A DNA stretch of 64,000 nucleotides, from positions 257,605 through 321,604 of the forward strand of contig JAKLGK010000006.1 of assembly GCA_022710725.1 (NCBI GenBank), read 5' to 3'. The notes beneath the pieces are model-generated. The model was not told the origin of the DNA. It did not search any database and saw only the letters and a program-made list of their open reading frames with translations. Position numbers and translations under genes: made by a program. The DNA is from Verrucomicrobiota bacterium (GTDB lineage Bacteria; Verrucomicrobiota; Kiritimatiellia; CAIQIC01; JAGNIJ01). The first letter of the stretch is position 1. Each line of letters opens with the position of its first letter. This document shows, one piece after another, positions 47,985 through 57,875 of the stretch.

Positions 47985-48532
47985 ACCGCCGCGTCCTGCT
48001 CGTCCTCTTCCTCGCCGCCTGTGTCGCGCAGTGGGTCGCTGCGACCTGGAAGATCGCCGAACGCGAGCTGATCCTGCGCCTTGGCCATGTGTACAAGTTC
48101 AAGACGGCGCCGATGGATCCCGTGGACGCCTTCCGCGGCCGCTACGTGGCCGTCCGGGTGGAGCAGAACACCGCGCCGTTTGAAGGCCCCTGGACGCGCA
48201 AGCAAGGCGGCTGGTTTTTCGCGGAGTTGGCCGTCGGCGAGGACGGGTTCGCCCGGTTCGTCCGGTTACATCGCCGGCCGCCGGCCGGCGCGCCGGCGAT
48301 CCGCACGAGGATTGCCTCGTTCAACGTGCAGGAACAAAAAGCCTGGCTCAACCTTCCGCTGGACCGGTTCTACATGAGCGAGCGACAGGCCCCCGAGGCC
48401 GAGCGCGCCTACCGCGAGCACAGCCGGCAGGACGCGCAGGACGCCTGGCTGGCCGTCCGCGTCTGGCGCGGGCGCGCGGCCATCGAGAATCTCTACATCG
48501 GCGACCGGCCCATCCTCGACGTCGTTCGGTAA
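47981..48532 (+). CDS. GDYXXLXY-domain protein (partner of DUF2157).
   Basis: N-terminal TM helix and a FRGRYVAVRVE region matching the GDYXXLXY motif class. It overlaps the upstream gene by 4 nt. Confidence 0.45.
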   Translation: MNRRVLLVLFLAACVAQWVAATWKIAERELILRLGHVYKFKTAPMDPVDAFRGRYVAVRVEQNTAPFEGPWTRKQGGWFFAELAVGEDGFARFVRLHRRPPAGAPAIRTRIASFNVQEQKAWLNLPLDRFYMSERQAPEAERAYREHSRQDAQDAWLAVRVWRGRAAIENLYIGDRPILDVVR

Positions 48533-48679
48533 GCCGGCCCCGCGAAGCGTTCGGGCGAGCCGTATCTCTTTATCCCCCGGTTGATTGCAGCATGCGTCTC
48601 CCGCGGGCGGGACGAAAGGAATCCCGCGGCGCGACTACAGGGCTGAAGTCCCGGCCCGTATCGGTCCGCGGAATCGAGA

Positions 48680-49906
48680 GTGGAGAAGGGCATGAAAAAG
48701 GCAATCGCGGTATTCGGTTTTATAATGATGTCCTGGTGCGCGTCCGCGCAAATCGTCCAGGACGGGGACATGGAGGCGGCGGACACGAATGCATGGCTGG
48801 ACTGGAGCGTGCCGTTCGTCAAGGCCAAGGAATTCGACGCGGAACGCGGTTCGACGGTTCTCCACGTGGCGACCGGCGGCGTGCAGCAGTTGAATCTGCC
48901 CGTGACCGCCGGCGCCGAGTACACGCTGCGCTTGTCGGCCAAGGTGAAGACCGGCACGTTGCGCGTGGTCCTGGGCATCGGCGATTCCAACAGCGACTTC
49001 GAGAACCGGTACTATGATTTGAGCGCCGCCAACTACGGGACCTGGAACGCCATGGAGCGCCGGTTCACCGTGCCCGCCGGTTTTACCCACGACTTCCGCC
49101 TGGCCCTGGTCGCCAGCGCCGGCGAGGCCTGGGCCGACGACGTGGAGATCACGGCCGGGCAGGATGCGCGGATCGTCCTGGACGGCGACATGGAGAACGC
49201 TCAACTTGGCCAGTGGTGGCGCTGGGGCACGCCCGAGTTGAAGGAGAAAAGCGCGGCCGATCCGCACGCGGGCGCGCAATCGCTCCATTTCCGGACATTC
49301 AGTGGGACCAACTGGATCGCCAACCGCAGCGGCCTGCAGCAGCGTTTCGTCCCCGTCGCAACGGGGCGTTGGTATCGCTTGAGCTTCTGGTACCGCGTCG
49401 CATCCGGCACGCTGTGTCCCCGACTGGGCCACAACGATTCCAACAACGACTACCAGCTCGGGCTTGGCGAGTTTCCCGTCCTGGCCGCGACCGGCGGCGA
49501 GTGGCGTTTCTACGAGCGGGCGTTCAGGACCCCTGATGCCATCACGGGCGATTTCCGAATAGTGCTGCCCCTCAATCCCTATAATTATCTGACCCGGACC
49601 ACCAACGATTTCGCCGAGGCCGAGGTGGACGACCTGGCCATCGAGCCCTACGACGCGAAGAGGGATCTCATCCCGGACCTGGACATCGCGGTGACCGGCG
49701 CGGAGGGCCTGTTCCAGTGGCCGGTCACGAACGGGCTGGTGTATTCCCTGGAGTACACGACCAACCTGACGCCGGGGTCCGTCTGGCGGGCCGTGCGGAA
49801 CTACGGCGGGCTGCCGGGATTCGACGGGCAATGCTCGGCGACCGTGGACGTGTCGAAGGTGCTGACGGGATATTCCAACTTCTTCTTCCGGGTCCGCGCC
49901 CAGTAG
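48680..49906 (+). CDS. Secreted protein with two tandem CBM4/9-like (carbohydrate-binding, beta-sandwich) repeats. The likely start is at MKKAIAVF (about 48692).
   Basis: Signal peptide. An internal repeat (IVQDGDMEAADTNAWLDW... versus IVLDGDMENAQLGQWWRWG...) is typical of CBM_4_9 modules. Confidence 0.45.
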   Translation: MEKGMKKAIAVFGFIMMSWCASAQIVQDGDMEAADTNAWLDWSVPFVKAKEFDAERGSTVLHVATGGVQQLNLPVTAGAEYTLRLSAKVKTGTLRVVLGIGDSNSDFENRYYDLSAANYGTWNAMERRFTVPAGFTHDFRLALVASAGEAWADDVEITAGQDARIVLDGDMENAQLGQWWRWGTPELKEKSAADPHAGAQSLHFRTFSGTNWIANRSGLQQRFVPVATGRWYRLSFWYRVASGTLCPRLGHNDSNNDYQLGLGEFPVLAATGGEWRFYERAFRTPDAITGDFRIVLPLNPYNYLTRTTNDFAEAEVDDLAIEPYDAKRDLIPDLDIAVTGAEGLFQWPVTNGLVYSLEYTTNLTPGSVWRAVRNYGGLPGFDGQCSATVDVSKVLTGYSNFFFRVRAQ

Positions 49907-49915
49907 TCGCCGCTG

Positions 49916-50566
49916 TCAGCGGAACCCGATGACCTTGAAGAACCCGCCTGCCGCGGACGGCGGCAGGTCGTTGCTGCAAACGCCCCCCGGCCCGGCGGCG
50001 GCCGCGCCGTTGGTCCTCCACGAGCCCGCCAGACTGTCGGCGGAAAGCACGCGGTAGCTGAAGCCGGTCGCGCCGGACATGACGACGCGCAGCGCGCCGT
50101 TCTCTGTCCATTCAATCCGCTCCACGGCCGCCGTGACCGGCGGGAGATGCCCCAGCAGGCGGGGGACGAAGGTCGGCTCGTATTGGATGCCCGTCGTGCG
50201 GTCGAGGTAGGCGAGGGGATTCCCGGGATCGATCACGCAGATCAGCGGGAGCGTGTAGGATCCCAGTCCTCCCGTGTAAGGATTTTCCTCCGTGGACGTG
50301 TCCACGGGGCAGAACCAGCAGACGTAGTCCGCATCGAGGATCGAGCGCACCGAGTTCGTCTCGCAGACCGTGTACTTCATGTAGTGGCAGTTCCCGCAGG
50401 ACTCCCGTCCCGCCAGCAGCAGGATGAGCCGTCCGGAATTCAGCGCCTGCTCGACCGCCGCGGCCCGGGAATCGCACCATTCAATGGAATCGCTTCGCGC
50501 GGGAGCGGCGAACCCGAGGGTTGCCGCCGCGAAGATAAGGAGGCCGGGCCTGTTGATGCGAGACAT
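49916..50566 (-). CDS. Secreted thioredoxin-like protein with a CxxC motif.
   Basis: Signal peptide and the sequence LLLAGRESCGNCHYMKY, which fits a thioredoxin-like fold. Confidence 0.45.
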   Translation of the reverse strand: MSRINRPGLLIFAAATLGFAAPARSDSIEWCDSRAAAVEQALNSGRLILLLAGRESCGNCHYMKYTVCETNSVRSILDADYVCWFCPVDTSTEENPYTGGLGSYTLPLICVIDPGNPLAYLDRTTGIQYEPTFVPRLLGHLPPVTAAVERIEWTENGALRVVMSGATGFSYRVLSADSLAGSWRTNGAAAAGPGGVCSNDLPPSAAGGFFKVIGFR

Positions 50567-50737
50567 GGTTTCCAGAGACCGTCGTATGATTACCCCAGAA
50601 AGCCGCGTCCGCAAATGGAAATGAAGAATGGATCGCCATGCGCCCGGCTTGGCCATTTCATCCAGGGACGGGGGGCCGTACAAGACGGATCAACAGGCAG
50701 GTTGATTTTCTGGTTGACCGCCAGAAGAATGCCGGGT

Positions 50738-50755
50738 ATTGTCTGATTGTGAAAT
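50738..50755. promoter_or_regulatory. Rex operator TTGTGAAATGATTCACAA, a perfect match to the Rex-box consensus TTGTGAAnnnnTTCACAA.
   Basis: Read from the sequence about 30 bp upstream of the rex start codon. It is an 18-bp inverted repeat. Confidence 0.6.
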
Positions 50756-50786
50756 GATTCACAATGTGAATCGGATAACGAAATAA

Positions 50787-51413
50787 ATGTTATCTTCTGA
50801 AAATACGGGAGTTCCGGCGAGGACCGTAGAAAGGCTTGTGCTTTATCGCCGGCTATTGAATGGCCTTACCGAGCAGGGCGTGGAGTTCATTCACTCCCAC
50901 GAAATCGCCGAGAAGGCCAATAATTCGGCCGCCCAGGTGCGGCGCGACCTGATGGCGATCGGCTACACCGGCAACCCGGCGCGCGGCTACGCGGTGAACG
51001 ACCTGGTCCGCAGCATCAACGGGCTTTTCGAGCAGAAACGCGACCAGAAGGCCGCGCTCGTCGGCATCGGCAAACTCGGGCGCGCGATCCTCGGGTACTT
51101 CGCGCTGCGCCAGGCCCGGCCGCGGATCGTCGCGGCCTTCGATAGCGACCCGGCCAAGGGACAGGGCGAGTTCGCCGGCTGCCCGTGCTATCCGGTGGAC
51201 GCGCTGACGTCCGTGATCGCCCGCGATGGCATCACGGTCGGCATCCTGACCGTCCCCGCGGATTTCGCCCAGCCGGTGACGGACCTGATGCTGGTCGCCG
51301 GCGTCCGGGGCATCCTGAATTTCGCGCCGACGCCGCTGAAGACGCCGGCATGGGCGGTGGTGGACAACGTGGACATTGCGACGAAGCTTGAGAAGGTGGC
51401 GTTTTTCTGTTGA
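50787..51413 (+). CDS. rex: Redox-sensing transcriptional repressor Rex.
   Basis: N-terminal winged-helix region (RLVLYRRLL...HEIAEKANNSAAQVRRDLMAIGYTG) and a Rossmann NADH-binding region (ALVGIGKLGRAI). Confidence 0.85.
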   Translation: MLSSENTGVPARTVERLVLYRRLLNGLTEQGVEFIHSHEIAEKANNSAAQVRRDLMAIGYTGNPARGYAVNDLVRSINGLFEQKRDQKAALVGIGKLGRAILGYFALRQARPRIVAAFDSDPAKGQGEFAGCPCYPVDALTSVIARDGITVGILTVPADFAQPVTDLMLVAGVRGILNFAPTPLKTPAWAVVDNVDIATKLEKVAFFC

Positions 51414-51425
51414 GGTACGGCCTCC

Positions 51426-53387
51426 ATGCTTAAGACCAAACTATTCCAGGCGTTCGCGGCGCTGGCGATCGTGTTCGGGCTGCTCTCCTCCGTCATCGGC
51501 ATCCAGATCATCCGCAAGCGGGTGATGGGCGAGGCGCAGAACCAGGTGAGCCTCGACATCGGCAGCGCATGGGCGATCTTCAATTCCAAGCTGCACGACC
51601 TGGAAACGGTCCTGGATCTCGTCGCCATCAAGAAGATCGTGGTGGACGCCGCATCCGAACACGACTGGGCGTCCGAGGACATCCAGCAGCGGCTCGAGAC
51701 CATCCGCACGAGCTTCGGCCTGGATTTCCTGACCGTGGTCTCGCCGGAAGGCCAGGTGGTGCTGCGCGCCGCGCCCCCGTACCGTACCGGCGACTTCCAG
51801 AAGCAGAACCCTGTGGTGCTGCGCGCGCTGAAGGGGGAGCACGCCTCCGGCGTGACGCTGATGTCGCAGCCCGAGCTGGACCTCGAGGCCGAGGGCCTGT
51901 CCGAGAAGGCGTTCCTGGTGCTGGAGAAGACCCCGCGCGCCCGGGCGACCCCGCTGACCGAGGAGAGTCGGGGCATGGTCCTCGCGACCGGCGTGCCGAT
52001 TTTCAAGGGCCCCCAGTTGCTGGGGGCGGTCTACGCCGGCGTTTTGCTCAACCGCAACCAGGACCTCGTGGACCGGATGACGGAGGTTATCTACAAGAAC
52101 GAGCAGTACAAGGGCCTCGCCATGGGCACGGCGACGATTTTCCTGAAGGACTGCCGCGTCGCCACCACCGTGCGTCTGCCCAACGGCAACCGGGCGATCG
52201 GCACGCGCGTCTCCAAGGAAGTCGCGGACCGCGTCCTGGACAACGGCCTGCCGTGGATCGGCCCCGCCTTCGTGGTCAAGGAGCCGTACCTCACTGCCTA
52301 CGATCCCATCCGCGGCTTCGACGGCGAGGTCATCGGCATGCTGTACGTCGGCCGGCTGGAGCGGCCGTTCAAGGCCCTGAGCCGGAATATCATGATGCGG
52401 TACGCCGGCCTGTCGGTTTTCGGCCTCGCGGCCGCGCTGGTCCTGGCCTTCATCATGGCCGGCCGGCTGGCGAATCCCATCCACCGGCTGGTGGAAGCCT
52501 CGCAGCGCATGCGGAAGGGCGAGCCGCACACCCCCGTCGAATGCCGGAGTTCCTGCGGCGAGATCGAGAACCTCGTCGTCGCCTTCAACGAGATGGCCAC
52601 GGCCCTCGAGGAGCGCGAGGGCCGCCTGAAGGAAGCCAACGAGAAGCTGGAGAAGACCAACGAGGCCGTCTCCGCCCTCAACTTGAGCTACATGGACATG
52701 CTGGGCTTCGTTTCGCACGAACTGAAGAGCCCGGTGGCCTCGATCATGAACTACGTCTTCCTGCTGCGGCAGCAGAAGCTCGGGCCGCTGACGCCGGGCC
52801 AGGAGAAGGCCGCGCGCAACATCGAGACCAACAGCAAGCGCATCGTGGAGATGGTCCGCCACTACCTGAACCTCTCCCGCATCGAGACCGGCGAGCTGCG
52901 GCCCGTGCCGACCCGCGTCGCGGTCGCCGACGAGGTCGTGCGCCCGCTGCTGGAGGCCTCGGAGGGCGACGCCCAGGCCCGCCGCATGCGCGTGGAGAGC
53001 CGCATCGGCGACGACCTGCGGCTGAAGACGGACCTGAACATGACCCGCGAGGTCTTCGAGAACCTGGTCAGCAACGCGATCAAGTACGGCCGCGACGACG
53101 GGCTGCTCCAGCTCGACGCGCAGCGCCGGGACGGCTTCGTCGAGTTCAGCGTGTTCAACGAGGGCGCCGGCATCCCGCGCGACAAGATCGAAACGGTCTT
53201 CCAGAAATTCACGCGCCTCGAGGAGGCCGACGGGACCCGCCACCAGAAGGGCACGGGCCTCGGGCTCTTCATCACGCGCCACATCGTCGAGGCCCACGGC
53301 GGCCGGATCCAGGTCGAATCCGAGCCGGGCCAGTGGGTCCGTTTCCGTTTCACGCTTCCGGTCTTCCCCGAACAGGAGAAAGCATAA
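51426..53387 (+). CDS. Sensor histidine kinase with a periplasmic Cache-type sensor domain (TM, Cache, TM, HAMP, HisKA, HATPase).
   Basis: Two TM helices flank a ~300-aa extracytoplasmic domain. H-box VSHELKSP is present, along with the ATPase G-boxes NAIKYG and GTGLGLFI. Confidence 0.85.
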   Translation: MLKTKLFQAFAALAIVFGLLSSVIGIQIIRKRVMGEAQNQVSLDIGSAWAIFNSKLHDLETVLDLVAIKKIVVDAASEHDWASEDIQQRLETIRTSFGLDFLTVVSPEGQVVLRAAPPYRTGDFQKQNPVVLRALKGEHASGVTLMSQPELDLEAEGLSEKAFLVLEKTPRARATPLTEESRGMVLATGVPIFKGPQLLGAVYAGVLLNRNQDLVDRMTEVIYKNEQYKGLAMGTATIFLKDCRVATTVRLPNGNRAIGTRVSKEVADRVLDNGLPWIGPAFVVKEPYLTAYDPIRGFDGEVIGMLYVGRLERPFKALSRNIMMRYAGLSVFGLAAALVLAFIMAGRLANPIHRLVEASQRMRKGEPHTPVECRSSCGEIENLVVAFNEMATALEEREGRLKEANEKLEKTNEAVSALNLSYMDMLGFVSHELKSPVASIMNYVFLLRQQKLGPLTPGQEKAARNIETNSKRIVEMVRHYLNLSRIETGELRPVPTRVAVADEVVRPLLEASEGDAQARRMRVESRIGDDLRLKTDLNMTREVFENLVSNAIKYGRDDGLLQLDAQRRDGFVEFSVFNEGAGIPRDKIETVFQKFTRLEEADGTRHQKGTGLGLFITRHIVEAHGGRIQVESEPGQWVRFRFTLPVFPEQEKA

Positions 53388-53390
53388 ACC

Positions 53391-55550
53391 ATGGCCACGC
53401 CGAAGGATAAAGTGCTGCAGATGCGCCGAGGGGCCGTCATGCGGCTATTCGAATCCAAGTTCCAGAATCCCACCCGCATCACCGTGGGCTCCGCGACGTG
53501 CGAAAACGCCGCGGGCGCCGGGGCCGTCTACGACGCGTTTGCCGAGCTGTTGTCAAAGCCCGGCGCGCCGAAGGTGGCCCTCGGGCGCGTCGGCTGCACC
53601 GGCCGCTGCGACCTCGAGCCCGTCGTCTCCGTGATCGCGCAGGGGCACATCCCCGTGAAGTACGTCAAGGTCACGCCCGCCCGCGCGGAGAAGATCGTCG
53701 AGCAGCACATCCGCGGCGGGAAGATCGTGGACGAGTTCACGATGCGGCACGTGGCGAATCTCCCGATGACCGGCAAGGTCGTTGGCGTGTGCGGCGGGAT
53801 GCATTGCCGCCAGGGGCAGGGCATCCGGGAGGCCTTCCTCCGGGGCGTGGAGGAGCAGGGCCTGAAGGAGCAGGTGGCGGTCACGACCTCCGCGTGCTTC
53901 GGCCTTTGCGAACGCGGGCCCAACGCCTTCGTCTATCCCGACGGCGTGCTCTACCAGAAGCTCACGCCCGAGAAGGTGGCGAAGATCGTCGAGAAGCACC
54001 TGAAGGGCGACCGGCCGGTGGCCGAGTGCGCGTGGGGCGGCAAGCGGATCGCGAACCGGTTCCTCCCGCTCTACGGCGACGAGGCCTTTTTCGGCAAGCA
54101 GCTGCGCCTGACGCTTCGCAACTGCGGCGTGATCGATCCCGAGAGCCTCGACGAATACGTCGCCGTCGAGGGCTACGACGCGCTGGCAAGAGTGCTGACC
54201 GAGATGTCGCCGAAGCAGGTGGTGGACGCCGTGGTCAAGTCCGGCCTGCGCGGGCGCGGCGGCGGCGGATTCCCGACGGGGACCAAGTGGCAGTTCGCGG
54301 CGTCGCAGAAGGCCGACCAGAAGTACATGGTCTGCAACGCCGACGAGGGCGACCCCGGCGCGTTCATGGACCGCAGCACGATCGAGGGCGACCCGCACAC
54401 GATCCTCGAGGGCCTGATGATCGGCGGCTATGCCATCGGCGCGAACCAGGGCTACGTCTACATCCGCGCGGAGTACCCGCTGGCCATCAAGCGGCTCGAG
54501 CGCGCCATCGCGGACGCCCGCGCGGCGGGCCTGCTGGGCAGAAACATCCTGGGCTCGAAGTTCGATTTCGACATCGAGCTGCGGCTCGGCGCCGGCGCGT
54601 TCGTCTGCGGCGAGGAGACGGCGCTGCTGAAGTCCATCGAGGGCTCGCGCGGCATGCCGCGGCCCCGGCCGCCGTTCCCGACCACGGCCGGCCTCTGGGG
54701 CAAGCCGACGGTGATCAACAACGTCGAGACACTGGCCAACGTGCCGGTCGTGATCATCGACGGGCCGGAGTGGTTCGCGTCGCTGGGCACGGCGAAGAGC
54801 AAGGGGACCAAGGTCTTCTCCCTCGCCGGCAAGGTCAACAACACGGGCCTGGTCGAGGTGCCGATGGGCACGACGCTGCGCGAGGTCGTCTACGACGTCG
54901 GCGGCGGCATCAAGGGCGGCAAGGCGTTCAAGGCCGTGCAGACCGGCGGCCCCGCGGGCGGCTGCATGCCGGCGGCGGCGCTGGACACGCCCGTGGATTA
55001 CGACTCGCTCGCCGCGGCGGGCAGTATCATGGGCTCGGGCGGGATGATCGTGATGGACGAGGACACCTGCATGGTGGACGTCGCGCGGTTCTTCCTCGAG
55101 TTCACGCAGGACGAGTCCTGCGGCAAGTGCACGCCCTGCCGCGAGGGCACCAAGCGCATGCTGGAGATGCTCGAGCGGATCACGAAGGGGCAGGGGCAGG
55201 AGGGCGACGTCGAGAAGCTCTTGCGCCTGGCCGACACGGTGAAGAAGGCGTCGCTGTGCGGCCTGGGCCAGGCGGCGCCCAACCCGGTGATCAGCACGAT
55301 CAAGCATTTCCGCGACGAGTACGACGCGCACATCCGCGAAAAGAAATGCCCGGCCGGCGTATGCGCCTCGCTGGTGACCTACTCGGTCATCCCGGAGAAC
55401 TGCACCGGCTGCACGGCCTGCGCGCGGAAGTGCCCGGTGAAGTGCATCGACGGCGCGCCGAAGAAGGCGCACGTGATCGACCAGGAGCAGTGCATCCGGT
55501 GCGGCCAGTGCCTCGCCGCGTGCAAGTTCGACGCCATCTTGAGGAAATGA
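53391..55550 (+). CDS. hydB: NuoF-like flavoprotein subunit of a multimeric (bifurcating-type) [FeFe] hydrogenase (HydB).
   Basis: N-terminal thioredoxin-like 2Fe-2S region (CTGRCDLEP), the NuoF core GRGGGGFPTGTKW, and C-terminal 2x[4Fe-4S] (CTGCTACARKCPVKC, CIRCGQC). Confidence 0.85.
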   Translation: MATPKDKVLQMRRGAVMRLFESKFQNPTRITVGSATCENAAGAGAVYDAFAELLSKPGAPKVALGRVGCTGRCDLEPVVSVIAQGHIPVKYVKVTPARAEKIVEQHIRGGKIVDEFTMRHVANLPMTGKVVGVCGGMHCRQGQGIREAFLRGVEEQGLKEQVAVTTSACFGLCERGPNAFVYPDGVLYQKLTPEKVAKIVEKHLKGDRPVAECAWGGKRIANRFLPLYGDEAFFGKQLRLTLRNCGVIDPESLDEYVAVEGYDALARVLTEMSPKQVVDAVVKSGLRGRGGGGFPTGTKWQFAASQKADQKYMVCNADEGDPGAFMDRSTIEGDPHTILEGLMIGGYAIGANQGYVYIRAEYPLAIKRLERAIADARAAGLLGRNILGSKFDFDIELRLGAGAFVCGEETALLKSIEGSRGMPRPRPPFPTTAGLWGKPTVINNVETLANVPVVIIDGPEWFASLGTAKSKGTKVFSLAGKVNNTGLVEVPMGTTLREVVYDVGGGIKGGKAFKAVQTGGPAGGCMPAAALDTPVDYDSLAAAGSIMGSGGMIVMDEDTCMVDVARFFLEFTQDESCGKCTPCREGTKRMLEMLERITKGQGQEGDVEKLLRLADTVKKASLCGLGQAAPNPVISTIKHFRDEYDAHIREKKCPAGVCASLVTYSVIPENCTGCTACARKCPVKCIDGAPKKAHVIDQEQCIRCGQCLAACKFDAILRK

Positions 55551-55552
55551 CC

Positions 55553-57319
55553 ATGTCCACCACCGAGAACGAAGTCACCCTGTCGATCGACGGCATCGTC
55601 ACCAAGGCGCCGGCCGGGTCCACGATCATGGATGCCGCCGACTCCGTCGGGATCAAGATCCCGCGGCTCTGCTACCACCCGCACTTGAGCATCCTCGGCG
55701 CGTGCCGCGTGTGCCTGGTCGAGGTCGAGGGCCAGCGCAACCCGGTCGCGTCCTGCGCCTATCCCGTCGCGGACGGCATGAAGGTCCGGACCTCCTCCAA
55801 CCAGCTCCGGCGCCTGCGCCGCGACGTGGTGGAGCTGATCCTCGACAGCCACCCGAAGGACTGCCAGACCTGCGAGCGCAACGGGAACTGCGAGCTCCAG
55901 AAGCTGTCCTACGACCTGGGCATCCGCGAGCGGTTGTTCGAGGGCGAGCGCAAGCAGCCGCCGAAGGACCTGTCTTCGCCGGCCGTCATCCGCGACCCGG
56001 AGAAGTGCATCCTGTGCGGGCGGTGTGTCCGCGTATGCAACGAGGTGCAGGGTGTTTACAACTTGAGCCAGCACCAGCGCGGCTTCCAGATCTGCGTCGC
56101 GCCAGCCCACGAGGGCGACATGCTGAACTCGGTGTGCGTGCAGTGCGGCCAGTGCGCGAACGTCTGCCCGACGGCGGCGATCATCGAGCACAGCGCCACC
56201 GACGAGGTGTTCAAGGCGCTGGAGGATCCAGCCAAGCACGTCGTGGTCCAGACCGCGCCGTCCATCCGCGCGGCGATCGGCGAGGGGTTCGGCTTCGAGC
56301 CCGGCACGCCGGCGACGGGCAAGATGATCAGCGCGCTGCGCACGCTCGGTTTCGACCGGGTGTTCGACACGAACTTCGGCGCCGACCTGACGATCGTCGA
56401 GGAGGCGCACGAGTTCATCCGGCGCCTGAAGAACAACGACCGACTGCCGCTGATCACGTCCTGCTCGCCGGGCTGGATCAAGTTCATGGAGCATTTTTAT
56501 CCCGAGCTGATCCCGCACGCGTCGACGTGCCGCTCGCCGATGACGATGCTCTCCGTGCTGCTGAAGACGTACTACGCGGAGAAGCAGGGGCTCGACCCGA
56601 AGAACATCTACGTGGTCGGCGTCATGCCCTGCACGGCGAAGAAGTACGAGGCGCGCCGGCCCGAGCACGCGGACGCGAACGGGGTGCCGTACACCGACGC
56701 CGTGCTCACGACGCGCGAGCTGATCTGGATGATGAAGACCTTCGGGATCGAGTTCAAGCACCTGCACGACGGCGACTTCGACAACCCGCTGGGCTTCTCC
56801 TCCGGCGCGGCGGACATCTTCGGCACGACGGGCGGCGTGATGGAGGCCGCGCTGCGTACGGCGTACGAGACCGTCACCGGCCAGCCGTGCGAGAACCTGG
56901 ACTTCGTCGAGGTGCGCGGCGTCGAGGGCGTGAAGGAGTCGAAGGTGAAGATCGGCGACCAGACGCTGAACGTGGCCGTGTCCAACGGCCTGCAGAACGC
57001 CAAGCGGCTGTTCGACCGCGTGCTGAAGGGGGACAAGAAGTACCACATGATCGAGGTCATGGCGTGCCCCGGCGGGTGCATCGGGGGCGGCGGCCAGCCG
57101 TACCCGCCGCCGGGCCTGCACATCATGGACGCCAAGCTCCTGCGCATGCGGGCCAAGGCGCTGTACGCGATCGACCACCACAAGCAGATTCGGAAGTCGC
57201 ACGAGAACCCGTACATCCAGCAGCTCTACAAGCACTACCTCGGCGAGCCGAATAGTCCCAAGGCCCATGAACTGCTGCACACGCATTACGAAGCCAAACT
57301 GCCCCGGGGGACCCGATGA
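55553..57319 (+). CDS. hydA: [FeFe] hydrogenase catalytic subunit (group A3-like, N-terminal 2Fe-2S and FeS clusters plus H-cluster).
   Basis: H-cluster motifs TSCSPGW (L1), MPCTAKKYE (L2) and EVMACPGGCIGGGGQP (L3), plus an N-terminal 2Fe-2S ferredoxin region. Confidence 0.9.
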   Translation: MSTTENEVTLSIDGIVTKAPAGSTIMDAADSVGIKIPRLCYHPHLSILGACRVCLVEVEGQRNPVASCAYPVADGMKVRTSSNQLRRLRRDVVELILDSHPKDCQTCERNGNCELQKLSYDLGIRERLFEGERKQPPKDLSSPAVIRDPEKCILCGRCVRVCNEVQGVYNLSQHQRGFQICVAPAHEGDMLNSVCVQCGQCANVCPTAAIIEHSATDEVFKALEDPAKHVVVQTAPSIRAAIGEGFGFEPGTPATGKMISALRTLGFDRVFDTNFGADLTIVEEAHEFIRRLKNNDRLPLITSCSPGWIKFMEHFYPELIPHASTCRSPMTMLSVLLKTYYAEKQGLDPKNIYVVGVMPCTAKKYEARRPEHADANGVPYTDAVLTTRELIWMMKTFGIEFKHLHDGDFDNPLGFSSGAADIFGTTGGVMEAALRTAYETVTGQPCENLDFVEVRGVEGVKESKVKIGDQTLNVAVSNGLQNAKRLFDRVLKGDKKYHMIEVMACPGGCIGGGGQPYPPPGLHIMDAKLLRMRAKALYAIDHHKQIRKSHENPYIQQLYKHYLGEPNSPKAHELLHTHYEAKLPRGTR

Positions 57320-57834
57320 CAGCCCAGGAAGAAAAAGTCACCACGCTGGCCGAACTGCCCGAGCCCATCGCGCGGTTCATCGACGAGACGCGCGACCGGC
57401 CGAACGCGGACAGCTACCTCGTGGCCGTGCTGCAGATGATCCAGAAACATTTCGGCTACCTGCCCGCCGGCGCGCTGAACACCGTGTCGCAGAAGATGCA
57501 GATCCCGGCCGCGAAGGTGACCGGGGTGGCGACGTTCTACCACTTCTTCACCTTCGTCCCCAAGGGCAAGCACACCGTGTCCGTGTGCATGGGCACGGCC
57601 TGCTACGTCAAGGGTGCGGGGATCCTGGTGGACCGCCTGAAGGACCTGCTCGGCATCCGGCAGATCGGCCACGCGTCGAAGGACGGCCAGTTCACGCTGG
57701 AGGTCGCCCGCTGTGTGGGCGCCTGCGCCCTGGCGCCGGTGCTGATCGTGGACGACAAGGTCTACGCCAACGTCCGGCCGGACGAACTGCCGAAAATCCT
57801 GTCGAAATATGGTTTCAAACCGAAAGCGGAATAG
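57316..57834 (+). CDS. hydC: NuoE-like 2Fe-2S thioredoxin-like subunit of the hydrogenase (HydC).
   Basis: CMGTACYVKG...CVGACALAP 2Fe-2S motif. It overlaps the hydA stop. Confidence 0.8.
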   Translation: MTAQEEKVTTLAELPEPIARFIDETRDRPNADSYLVAVLQMIQKHFGYLPAGALNTVSQKMQIPAAKVTGVATFYHFFTFVPKGKHTVSVCMGTACYVKGAGILVDRLKDLLGIRQIGHASKDGQFTLEVARCVGACALAPVLIVDDKVYANVRPDELPKILSKYGFKPKAE

Positions 57835-57875
57835 TTATATGTAACAGGCAGGGCGCGTTGGCGCAACGCGCCGTG

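Noticed and set aside
51441-57286. Minus-strand ORFs (618 aa, 639 aa and 635 aa) antisense to the histidine kinase, hydB and hydA, and plus-strand alternate-frame ORFs (613 aa, 1273 aa and 517 aa).
   Set aside because: The sense frames encode proteins with complete HK, NuoF and H-cluster motifs. The alternates are R/G/P/H-rich and motif-free.
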